From positions 64,001 through 128,000 of IMG/VR virus record IMGVR_UViG_3300045988_149468: a stretch of DNA of 64,000 nucleotides. One strand, written 5' to 3'. The translations under genes and the position numbers were made by a program. Positions 53,447-61,437 of the stretch are shown here, in pieces. The first letter of the stretch is position 1, and each line of letters begins with the position of its first letter. The stretch is from a virus. Under the pieces are notes generated by a model, which did not search any database, was not told the DNA's origin, and saw nothing but the letters and a program-made list of their open reading frames with translations.

Positions 53447-54520
53447 TTAATCATTTAGCTTATAAATTTTATTACACATATCATTTAGATCGTATTGTAA
53501 ATATTTCATGTATTCACTTTTTAATATAAAATCTTGTTTCTCTAAAAAATTAATTACTATCTCTGGGTTAATTTTAAACCACTCACCAAAGGTTCTATAT
53601 TCTTCAAAATATTTATGTACATCTTTTTCAATAGCAAATGCATTACTGCATATCATTGATTTATATATTAATTCTAATTCAATTCCAGCACCAGTTTGTA
53701 GTTGTTTAATTCTCTTATCAACATCTTGAGCAACTCCTATCTTAACTGTCTCATTAAGTGGATTTTTAATTACATAAATATATTGTCTTAATTTATTATT
53801 TTGAGGTAATACTTCATCTAATACTTTTGCTTTAAACATATTCATTATAGCTATTTTCATCTTTTGAAATGCTAATATAAATTTAGCTCTATATTCAGTA
53901 GAATATTTTAACATTAATTGCATTGTTGCCATTTCACCTAATTCATATTGTGTGTATATTTGACCATTTTCAGCTAAGTATGTAGTTTCTTTAAAATCAT
54001 TTATTATAATTTCACTATCCAAATTTGGATTATGAATTTCTTTTAATTTACTTATTTCTTCTCTTATATCTCTTAATATATGAAAGTGTTCTTTACCTGT
54101 AACTTCAGCTATAACTTTAGATGTAGTTATTGGAATACCATCTTTACTTATAACTAAATTATCTATATTACCTTGAAATGTAGTGTTTTCAATAGTTGTA
54201 AGTATATCAAGTGATTTCTTGCGTATATTTTCAAAATAATCCATATATCTATCAGTAAACAAGTTACCTTTTTCACCTGTCGTTTTATGAGCCAAAAATT
54301 CACATCCTCTTTTTAGTATTTCAAAACATCTATTTGTTTTTCCACTCTTATCAGTATATTCGTTTTCTATCCAATATTTACTAAGCTCAATTTTGCGCTC
54401 AGTAAAAGTTGAATTAATATTATCTATTTTTCTTAATAAATTCTTATGTGACATTTCCATCATTTCAGCAACTTCTCTACTATTTATAGTTTTGACTCTT
54501 CTTTTAGTTAATTCATCCAT
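53447..54520 (-). CDS. Rha-family regulatory protein fused to a T5orf172/GIY-YIG-like C-terminal domain
   Basis: The N-terminus (INSREVAEMMEMSHKNLLRKID) is Phage_pRha-like. The C-terminus (YIYVIKNPLNETVKIGVAQDVDKRIKQLQTG....FGEWFKI) fits the T5orf172/MUG113 pattern. Confidence 0.6.
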   Translation of the reverse strand: MDELTKRRVKTINSREVAEMMEMSHKNLLRKIDNINSTFTERKIELSKYWIENEYTDKSGKTNRCFEILKRGCEFLAHKTTGEKGNLFTDRYMDYFENIRKKSLDILTTIENTTFQGNIDNLVISKDGIPITTSKVIAEVTGKEHFHILRDIREEISKLKEIHNPNLDSEIIINDFKETTYLAENGQIYTQYELGEMATMQLMLKYSTEYRAKFILAFQKMKIAIMNMFKAKVLDEVLPQNNKLRQYIYVIKNPLNETVKIGVAQDVDKRIKQLQTGAGIELELIYKSMICSNAFAIEKDVHKYFEEYRTFGEWFKINPEIVINFLEKQDFILKSEYMKYLQYDLNDMCNKIYKLND

Positions 54521-54566
54521 TTTTTATTACCCCCTTATTAACTAATATATTTATATTATATCATGT

Positions 54567-55256
54567 TTAAGCCACTTCGTCAAGAATATGTTTTCTCATT
54601 TTATCTAATGCTTTTCTTATTTTTTTTCCTATTGACTGCTGACAATAAGGATATTTTTTACTCATTGACGTTTGTGTTTTGTCATAAAAAACATAATCTA
54701 TAACCATGTTTTTTTCTTCATCTGTTAATACACTTAGCATATTTTCAATTCTAAATTTTTCATCATAGTCTATATAAATATGTAGATCTTTTATACAATC
54801 CATTATTTCCAAATCTTCATCATCTGATTTTATATTTGAATTTAATCTTAATTGCGAATAATTTATATCTTTAATTTTTTTAACTTCATCAACTGTTAGT
54901 CCTAATTTTTCAGCTATTTCTTCATCATTCATACGTGGACTATATTCATCAATTTTATTTTTATTCAATACAACTTTTCTCCCAAATCGAATACCACCTT
55001 TTACTTCTTTTGTAGCATTAAAGACTGAGCCACATATCCACTTCATTGCATATGAACTGAAACTATATCCTTTATTTGTTTCATATTTATCTACTGCACG
55101 AATTAATCCTGTTAATGCTATTTGTCTTGCATCATCTTTAGTAAGTTCATTACTATAAAAATCATAAAATAAGAATTTGTTTTTTATTGCATATTCTACC
55201 AAGCCTATATTATCTTCTATAAATTTATCTCGTTCTGCCTTCGTTTTAAATTTCAT
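54567..55256 (-). CDS. Sigma-70 family RNA polymerase sigma factor (phage-encoded, copy A)
   Basis: Region 2 (ARQIALTGLIRAVDKYETNKGYSFSSYAMKWICGSV) and a region 4-like C-terminus (TQTSMSKKYPYCQQSIGKKIRKALDKMRK). Confidence 0.7.
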   Translation of the reverse strand: MKFKTKAERDKFIEDNIGLVEYAIKNKFLFYDFYSNELTKDDARQIALTGLIRAVDKYETNKGYSFSSYAMKWICGSVFNATKEVKGGIRFGRKVVLNKNKIDEYSPRMNDEEIAEKLGLTVDEVKKIKDINYSQLRLNSNIKSDDEDLEIMDCIKDLHIYIDYDEKFRIENMLSVLTDEEKNMVIDYVFYDKTQTSMSKKYPYCQQSIGKKIRKALDKMRKHILDEVA

Positions 55257-55310
55257 TTGAATCTCACCTCTTATTAATTATTATACTTATATTATATCAC
55301 ATCCTATTAA

Positions 55311-55583
55311 TTATTTTAATAAATCTTTTATATTTTTTATAATTTCTTCAAAATTTTTACTTTCACATTCATAATATATACAGGTATTTTTATTGATATT
55401 AAATTTACATTTTATATCAATATCTTTTACTCCTCCGATTTGATATATTTCTCTAACTACATTATGTTTGCAAGTAGTACAAGATTTTTGTTCCTTTGAA
55501 TTTAGTAATAAATGATAAGCGTATAAATAATTTTTTAATTTTTTATCATCTGATAATTTAAAATTATCACTAAAAGTACTCAT
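55311..55583 (-). CDS. Hypothetical protein
   Basis: 90 aa, several Cys. Confidence 0.4.
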   Translation of the reverse strand: MSTFSDNFKLSDDKKLKNYLYAYHLLLNSKEQKSCTTCKHNVVREIYQIGGVKDIDIKCKFNINKNTCIYYECESKNFEEIIKNIKDLLK

Positions 55584-55586
55584 TAT

Positions 55587-55994
55587 TTATCCCTCCAACA
55601 ACTCTTTATTTTCGTACACATTTCCTATAACTGTACCAAATTCAACTTGGGCATCACATATCAATTCTTCATCTCCATCTGCATAATAATCAAAATAGCA
55701 AACAAAGAATGCTCCTCGTTTATATACTATTTTTCCTATATGTTCCCAAGTTGAACCTATTTCTCTATCGTCTACTCCTTCTAATCTTATTATATCCCCT
55801 TCATAAATTTCTTTACCATTAATGTCATAACAATTGGTATATTGCATTACTACATAATTATCATATTCTAAAACATCTTTAAAACTTTCTTCAAAACAAC
55901 CACCATTATTAATCATAAAGTCATATGTATCCTGTACATCATAATACATTTTCTTTTCTTTCTTATCCCATGCCCTAAACTTAATTTCTCTCAT
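55587..55994 (-). CDS. YopX family protein
   Basis: Canonical N-terminus MREIKFRAWDKKEKKMYYDV plus the later EGDII and GNVYEN blocks. Confidence 0.75.
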   Translation of the reverse strand: MREIKFRAWDKKEKKMYYDVQDTYDFMINNGGCFEESFKDVLEYDNYVVMQYTNCYDINGKEIYEGDIIRLEGVDDREIGSTWEHIGKIVYKRGAFFVCYFDYYADGDEELICDAQVEFGTVIGNVYENKELLEG

Positions 55995-56299
55995 TATTTA
56001 TTCTCCTTTAATTCAATTATATAATCTTTATTATTAAATGCACCAGAACATCCTACGCTTTGTATAGGTTTACGTGATATCTCAGGAGTAATTTCATAAT
56101 TAGTTAATACACCATTAGAATATTTACAAGATTTCATTTCATTATAAATAACTGTTATATATCCCCATTCATAAGGTCTTTCTTTAAAAATTGCTTTAAT
56201 AAATTGTCCAACAGTATATGGTTTATCTAAATACACATACCATTCACTCGTATAATCTGGATAACGTTCACCTTCTTTAAATCTTATCATTTTATTCAC
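55994..56299 (-). CDS. Hypothetical protein (paralog of 63058-63303)
   Basis: Shares YSNGxL......EIS...IQxVxC......NKDYIIxxKE with the second copy. Confidence 0.45.
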   Translation of the reverse strand: MNKMIRFKEGERYPDYTSEWYVYLDKPYTVGQFIKAIFKERPYEWGYITVIYNEMKSCKYSNGVLTNYEITPEISRKPIQSVGCSGAFNNKDYIIELKENK

Positions 56300-56501
56300 C
56301 CAACTCCCTTACTATCTTTCCCCAACATTCAGAACAATTATGATAATCACATTCTTCTTTTTCATATTTACTTTCACTATTAGTATAATAATTATAAGGG
56401 CATCTACTTAATAATTCTGCTAATCTCATAAAATTTTGTATTCCTAAATAATTATAAACATCTTTAAGTAACACATCTCTTTGAAATTTTAGGGTATACA
56501 A
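56292..56501 (-). CDS. Small Cys-rich protein, possibly 5'-truncated/altered by the IS insertion
   Basis: Only a TTG start with no SD. The frame stays open up to the transposase stop codon at 56532, suggesting the native 5' end was displaced by the IS. Confidence 0.35.
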   Translation of the reverse strand: MYTLKFQRDVLLKDVYNYLGIQNFMRLAELLSRCPYNYYTNSESKYEKEECDYHNCSECWGKIVRELGE

Positions 56502-57922
56502 CTTTAAGTGTGGAAAATAAAAGAGAGTGAATTAAAATTTATCACTCTCTAATACCTCTAGTAATTGTGGAATATCTACTCCAAAACCTTCTGTTAATTT
56601 TGTACTTCCTACGAAATCATTCCAACTAAATGCCGTAGTAAATGTATATGTTTTGTTACTTGTATTTGCTCTTGTATATTTAGGTTTTCTAGTTGCACTT
56701 GTACCGAATAATACCTTTGCTCTAAGCACCTCGAATGAGTAACCTCTACCAGCTTTCTCGATGTTCTTAATCAAGTTATTTAAACTTTCTGTATAAGCAT
56801 TTGTAATTCTACAAGTAAAATAGTTAAATATCTCATACTGCCAGTTATCAACTGTTTTGATTACATCTTGATAGTATTTCATATCCTTTGGAACTGCTTT
56901 TTTCCAGTCCTCATAAGCTTTTAAAGCATCTTCTCGATTATCATGTTTATAGATATCTCTGAATTGTTCCTTCAATTCATAAGCTAACTTTAATTGTGGA
57001 AAATCTAGAAACATTAGTTGCATATCCCAAATCTGTCTAGCATTTAAATCCTCTTTGTTCCTCAGTAGCAAGAATCTATCTTTTAACAGTTTAGACCTTT
57101 GTTTCTTGTCTAATGAGCCTTTAAACGACTTTCTCTCACCTTCTAATGCATTGTTGACTAATTGTATTACATGGAATCTATCAACGATTACCTGAGCATT
57201 TGGCAACTCCTCATATACTGCCTCTTTGTAGTATCTCCACATATCTATGGTTACTACTTCTATGTTCTCCTTGTTAGGCAATTTGATTAAAAAATCCTTT
57301 ACATCGGATTTCTTACGGCTTGGTTGAATATCTAATACCTTACGTCCAATTATATCGGTGTAAACGGCTCTCATTGACTTATTAAGATGCACCTCATCTA
57401 TTCCTAATATAACTGGAGTAAGGAAGGTCATATCATTTTCTAACTTTTCTATGTAACTGTTAAACACTCGCTTGACTGTGGTAGGAGAGATACTATATTC
57501 CTCTGCTATATTAGCAAACGGCTTTTTAAGAGATTCTTTTTCTATCTGTTCTCTTAAACGAATAGTGATTTTATCTCTATCGTCTATGCTTTCATAATGT
57601 TGGCTAAATGTTGTATCACAGTATCTACATTTATATCTATGTGTATGTATTTCAATCCCTACACGTTTCCCAAAGCTGTTTAAATCCCTTACAAATCGTT
57701 TTGATTTGCCATGCTTATAATATTCAACTCCACCACACTCTGGGCAAGCTACAGGCTCTTTAACTGGTTTTACTATTACCGTCATATCGTGGTCATCTTG
57801 TATTGTGTCTAAAACTTCAAATTCTGGTAAATTTAGTATATTCATTTTGTCTATTCTCTTTCTAGTAATTTGTATTTTTGTATGAGTCTATTAAATTGCA
57901 TATATTTTTTATAAAAATTTCA
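56482..57922 (-). mobile_element. ISL3-family insertion sequence (borders approximate)
   Basis: Intact ISL3 transposase. The only terminal inverted match seen by eye is TGAAATTTT (56482-56490) with AAAATTTCA (57914-57922), followed by partial similarity. No convincing 8-bp target duplication found. Confidence 0.5.
56532..57845 (-). CDS. ISL3 family transposase
   Basis: N-terminal zinc-finger block (CPECGG...YKHGKSKRFVRDL....HRYKCRYCDTTF), HTH and DDE domain (LGIDEVH...VTIDMWRYY...ESLNN), typical of ISL3. Confidence 0.9.
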   Translation of the reverse strand: MNILNLPEFEVLDTIQDDHDMTVIVKPVKEPVACPECGGVEYYKHGKSKRFVRDLNSFGKRVGIEIHTHRYKCRYCDTTFSQHYESIDDRDKITIRLREQIEKESLKKPFANIAEEYSISPTTVKRVFNSYIEKLENDMTFLTPVILGIDEVHLNKSMRAVYTDIIGRKVLDIQPSRKKSDVKDFLIKLPNKENIEVVTIDMWRYYKEAVYEELPNAQVIVDRFHVIQLVNNALEGERKSFKGSLDKKQRSKLLKDRFLLLRNKEDLNARQIWDMQLMFLDFPQLKLAYELKEQFRDIYKHDNREDALKAYEDWKKAVPKDMKYYQDVIKTVDNWQYEIFNYFTCRITNAYTESLNNLIKNIEKAGRGYSFEVLRAKVLFGTSATRKPKYTRANTSNKTYTFTTAFSWNDFVGSTKLTEGFGVDIPQLLEVLESDKF

Positions 57923-58356
57923 GTATATTTATCTATAAAATCATCTAATCCACATAAGAAGTCAGCTTGTCCATCTAATGTTCCCCAAATTATACTGCAC
58001 TCATCTAATGCAATAGATAAATCACAATTAAATGAATTGCATTTAAGAAGGTTCGTCTTTTCTGACATATCTTGTATAAGTTCTTTTAAATCCCAACCTT
58101 CTCTGTTTTGTAAGAATTCTTTCATGTCTTTTAACTTATCTACATACTTTGTTTTTACTTCATCTAAATCAACAAAATACTCCATTGGAACATTTAAAAC
58201 TACTGATATTTCTATTAACATCTCCAAAGGTGGTATTATTTCGCCCGATTCGTATTTTTGTATAGTTCTTACATTTTTATCAATTAATTCAGATAATTGT
58301 TTTTGAGTTATTTTTTTATCCTTTCTTAATGATTTGATTTTTTCCCCTATAGTCAT
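57862..58356 (-). CDS. XRE-family HTH transcriptional regulator
   Basis: N-terminal MTIGEKIKSLRKDKKITQKQLSELIDKNVRTIQKYESGEIIP (HTH_3). The C-terminal ~20 codons may be IS-derived if the IS border is at ~57922. Confidence 0.75.
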   Translation of the reverse strand: MTIGEKIKSLRKDKKITQKQLSELIDKNVRTIQKYESGEIIPPLEMLIEISVVLNVPMEYFVDLDEVKTKYVDKLKDMKEFLQNREGWDLKELIQDMSEKTNLLKCNSFNCDLSIALDECSIIWGTLDGQADFLCGLDDFIDKYTEIFIKNICNLIDSYKNTNY

Positions 58357-58511
58357 ATCATCACCTCTATTCGCTAAAGAATAAATCTATTATTAAGGTT
58401 AGAATGTTTTGCCTATATTTTCTTCCAACCAGGCATCTACTTTATCAACTAATATATTTATTTTTTTACCTGTTCTTATCATTGGAAAACCTACAGTGTG
58501 TATTTATTAAT

Positions 58512-58619
58512 ATTATACCACAGTTAAAGTTATAATTTCCACAGTTAAAGTTATTTTAAGTAATAAATTTTATATTCACTTGTCAAAGTACGTTTTCTTA
58601 TTAATCCACAGTTATAGTT
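58512..58619 (-). promoter_or_regulatory. Extended -10 promoter overlapped by three direct operator-like repeats
   Basis: CCACAGTTAAAGTT at 58518-58531 and 58539-58552 (21-nt phasing), and CCACAGTTATAGTT at 58606-58619. The leftward strand reads TGGTATAAT (extended -10, + coords 58512-58520), which overlaps the first repeat. Confidence 0.5.
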
Positions 58620-58744
58620 TCATACCCAAATTTTATTCTCTTTGTATCTATTAAGTCATTTTTGCATTGATTCAATTCTTCATTTGATGCATAAAAATTA
58701 TGATCTTCTTGATCTAAAATATAATAATCATCTTCATATCTCAT
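58601..58744 (-). CDS. Small ORF (47 aa, not in ORF track)
   Basis: Its ATG overlaps the upstream stop (ATGA). Translation: MRYEDDYYILDQEDHNFYASNEELNQCKNDLIDTKRIKFGYETITVD. The 3' end contains the third operator repeat. Confidence 0.35.
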   Translation of the reverse strand: MRYEDDYYILDQEDHNFYASNEELNQCKNDLIDTKRIKFGYETITVD

Positions 58745-58986
58745 TTTAATTCCTCCAATACAATTTTAATAGCTTTTATTTGTTTTTCTAAATCTGTAAT
58801 TTCATTTCTCAATTTAACTTTATTTTTATCCTTTTCGTTTTCACATACAATCCTTAATATCATTAAATCAAGATTTTTATTCCTATGTTGTGTTATTAAC
58901 CACTCTTGATGTTCTTTCAATTCTTCCATTAATTCAATTTTTAAATAATCTTTGTACATCTTAATGTAAAAGTTTAAATCTTTCAT
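58741..58986 (-). CDS. Hypothetical coiled-coil protein
   Basis: The ATG at 58986 (MKDLNFYIK) follows AGAGGTAATATT (listed ORF extends to 59019). Confidence 0.45.
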   Translation of the reverse strand: MKDLNFYIKMYKDYLKIELMEELKEHQEWLITQHRNKNLDLMILRIVCENEKDKNKVKLRNEITDLEKQIKAIKIVLEELK

Positions 58987-58996
58987 AATATTACCT

Positions 58997-59527
58997 CTAT
59001 TTGAAAACTTCATCGTCATAATGATTTAATATTGCATTATGATAAAACCAAATTGTATCTAAATCTATTGGTGTAAAATTATGACAATCAACTGATACGT
59101 TTAAACCATAAGATTTTACCATGCATAATTTATGAATATGCCCAAATAAATTAATATTAGTTTCATTTATTTTTCTATTTTTAATTTTACTTGGTTCATG
59201 TGCCATAGTGATAACTTTATTTTCTATAAATATTTGTGCTATATCAGATTTTTTTATAAATTTTTCTTTATCTAAATACTTCCACACATTTAAATCTTTT
59301 CTTTCATAATTACCTAGAATTAAACAAATTTTTCCGTTTAACTGTTCTGCAATTTCATAATTACCAAAATCTCCTAAATGAAATACACCATCATGTTCAG
59401 ATATAACATTGTTCCAATTATTAATCATTGTTTGATCCATTTCTTCTACTGAATTAAAAGGTCTTTTACTTAATTGTAATGTTCTTTCACTTCCAAAATG
59501 TGTATCACTTGTAAACCATATTTTCAT
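58997..59527 (-). CDS. Calcineurin-like metallophosphoesterase
   Basis: Motifs WFTSDTHFG, HLGDFGN, GNYE and GHIH. The ATG at 59527 follows GAGGTGGAATAAA. Confidence 0.75.
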   Translation of the reverse strand: MKIWFTSDTHFGSERTLQLSKRPFNSVEEMDQTMINNWNNVISEHDGVFHLGDFGNYEIAEQLNGKICLILGNYERKDLNVWKYLDKEKFIKKSDIAQIFIENKVITMAHEPSKIKNRKINETNINLFGHIHKLCMVKSYGLNVSVDCHNFTPIDLDTIWFYHNAILNHYDDEVFK

Positions 59528-59542
59528 TTTATTCCACCTCAT

Positions 59543-59629
59543 AATAAAAATTCCATTTTAACTGTTTTTAACCCTCCTTATTAATTTCTATGTTAATTAT
59601 ATTATAATTTAAAATTTCTAATATGTCAA
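59543..59629 (-). promoter_or_regulatory. Early promoter + conserved leader
   Basis: TTGACA-TATTAGAAATTTTAAAT-TATAAT, then ATAATTAACATAGAAATTAATAAGGAGGG. Confidence 0.6.
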
Positions 59630-59761
59630 CTGATTTTCTAACATTTTTTCATTGAATATCAATATTTTATATGCTAATGAAATAGCAGTAGAGGGATCGA
59701 TCCCTCTATCCACATATACTTTTGCTAATTCTACTATATTACTTACTTTATCTAATGTCAT
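59618..59761 (-). CDS. Small ORF (47 aa, not in ORF track) containing a 20-bp palindrome
   Basis: ATG at 59761 follows AGGAGATAATTAAT. Translation: MTLDKVSNIVELAKVYVDRGIDPSTAISLAYKILIFNEKMLENQLTY. Confidence 0.35.
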   Translation of the reverse strand: MTLDKVSNIVELAKVYVDRGIDPSTAISLAYKILIFNEKMLENQLTY

Positions 59762-59821
59762 ATTAATTATCTCCTATTCTTTTAGTGTTTAATTATGTAT
59801 ATAATTACTTAACAATTAGTC

Positions 59822-60019
59822 CTATTCACATTCATTTTCTAATTTTTCCCACAAATCCCAAATTTCTTTATGAAACTTACAATTTGCATAACATTGTATT
59901 CTTGGGTTATTTTGATATTTTTCAATATAACAACCTGAACGACATATTTGTCCTATGCCTTCATAATAAATATCCTTCAGTAATTGTTGCTCTTTCTTGC
60001 TAAATTTAAAAGTTTTCAT
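59822..60019 (-). CDS. Hypothetical Cys-rich protein
   Basis: 65 aa; SD TAGGAAGGTATAATT. Confidence 0.45.
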   Translation of the reverse strand: MKTFKFSKKEQQLLKDIYYEGIGQICRSGCYIEKYQNNPRIQCYANCKFHKEIWDLWEKLENECE

Positions 60020-60099
60020 AATTATACCTTCCTATATCTCAACTTATCTTTTTCTATATGATTTTGATTTGTTATAATATACCGTTGCATAAAACTTAT

Positions 60100-60260
60100 A
60101 AAAAGTTATAAACTCGTAATTTTTATTTTATTTCCTTCTTCATTGAATTCTATTTTGCCGAAGCTACTCTAGTTTGGTGTAACTCTCCAAAGGCTTAAAT
60201 TCGGGTACAACGCTCCCTACATCAAATTAGTATTTCTCTCCATTCACCTATACTAATTCG
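60100..60260 (-). ncRNA. Candidate TnpB omega-RNA scaffold / IS605-type right end
   Basis: Immediately 3' of tnpB there is a locally GC-richer, ORF-free stretch. The leftward strand reads GGUGAAUGGAGAG...GUAGGGAGCGUUGUACCCG...GGAGAGUUACACC...GAGUAGCUUCGGCAAAAU, with several complementary segments. The position matches where omega-RNAs are encoded. Ends not defined. Confidence 0.4.
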
Positions 60261-61369
60261 TAATTACTTAAATTAATGCTTGCATTATAATCTCTATTTA
60301 TTTCTAAACCACAATGTTTGCATACATAAGTTCTGTCTTTTAATTTCAAGTCTATTTTAATATTTCCACAATTAGAACAAGTTTTGCTTGAAGGATAATA
60401 TCTATCTACCTGTATAAATTTAATACCATTCCATTCGCATTTATATTTCATTTGTCTTATAAATTCATATAAACATTGTTCAGCAATAGCTTTTGATAAA
60501 TGTTTATTTTTCATCATGCCAACTATATTTAAATCTTCCATAACAACTCTATAAGGTTTTTCATTTACTATTCTTGCAGTTGATTGATGAATATGATTAT
60601 TTCTAATATTAGACAAACGTCTATAAATCATTTTAGCTTTATGTTCTAATTTTATAATGTTTTGAGTTTTAACAAACTTATTTCTTTGTTTATTATACTC
60701 ATACTTTCTTGAAATTTGTCTTTGAGTTCTTTTAAGTTGTTTCTTTAATTTCTTTACTCTTTTAGTTTTATTGATGTTTTTTATTGTTATTCCATTTGAA
60801 CATACAGCAAGTTCTTTAACTCCTAAATCTATGCCGATGCTTAATTTTGGATTTAAGGTAGTTTGGTTTTCTTCTACTTCAACTCCAAAAGATAAATACC
60901 AATATCTTCCGTCATAACTACAATAAGGATTACTATATTTGCAATTTGGTATCTTATAATTTGTTTTAAATTTTACTTTGCCTATTTTCTCGATATTACA
61001 AACATTATCCTTAAAGTAAAGAGCATCGTATCTTACATAAAAAGATTGTTTTGATTTTCTTTTTGATTTAAATTTAGGATATTTACTATTCTTTTTAAAA
61101 AAGGATTTAAATGCTTTATCTAAATTTCTCATACTTTCTACCATAGCTGTATTTGAAACTTCATTCAACCATTTATAATCTTCTTGTTTCTTAAGTTGTG
61201 TAAATTCTTTCCTTATATTACTCATTGAATATTTTTCACCTGATTCATAATGTTCATTGCATTTACTCAATGCCCAATTATAAGCGAATCTACTACAACC
61301 GATTGTTTTAAACATCAATTCTTCTTGCTGTTCTGTAGGAATAAGTCTAATCTTTAATGATTTTAGCAA
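60248..61369 (-). CDS. tnpB: TnpB (IS200/IS605-family OrfB, RNA-guided endonuclease)
   Basis: N-terminal MLKSLKIRLIPTEQQEELMFKTIGCSRFAYNWAL (OrfB_IS605 HTH). RuvC-I IGIDLGVKELAV, RuvC-II VMEDLNIVGM, and a zinc ribbon CSNCGN....CKHCGLEINRDYNASINL carrying RuvC-III. TTG start. Confidence 0.85.
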   Translation of the reverse strand: MLKSLKIRLIPTEQQEELMFKTIGCSRFAYNWALSKCNEHYESGEKYSMSNIRKEFTQLKKQEDYKWLNEVSNTAMVESMRNLDKAFKSFFKKNSKYPKFKSKRKSKQSFYVRYDALYFKDNVCNIEKIGKVKFKTNYKIPNCKYSNPYCSYDGRYWYLSFGVEVEENQTTLNPKLSIGIDLGVKELAVCSNGITIKNINKTKRVKKLKKQLKRTQRQISRKYEYNKQRNKFVKTQNIIKLEHKAKMIYRRLSNIRNNHIHQSTARIVNEKPYRVVMEDLNIVGMMKNKHLSKAIAEQCLYEFIRQMKYKCEWNGIKFIQVDRYYPSSKTCSNCGNIKIDLKLKDRTYVCKHCGLEINRDYNASINLSNYELV

Positions 61370-61437
61370 TTCTTGTCACCTCCTTTATGTTATTAATTAT
61401 TATATTTATAATATATCATAAAATTATTGAAATGTCA
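61370..61437 (-). promoter_or_regulatory. Phage-type early promoter + leader driving tnpB
   Basis: TTGACA-TTTCAATAATTTTATGA-TATATT, then ATAAATATAATAATTAATAACATAAAGGAGGTG. Confidence 0.55.

Noticed and set aside
60020-60150. Attempt to read off the exact TnpB guide sequence and TAM from the region downstream of the GC-richer scaffold.
   Set aside because: The right-end boundary cannot be fixed by eye. Any 16-20-nt guide I quoted would be a guess.
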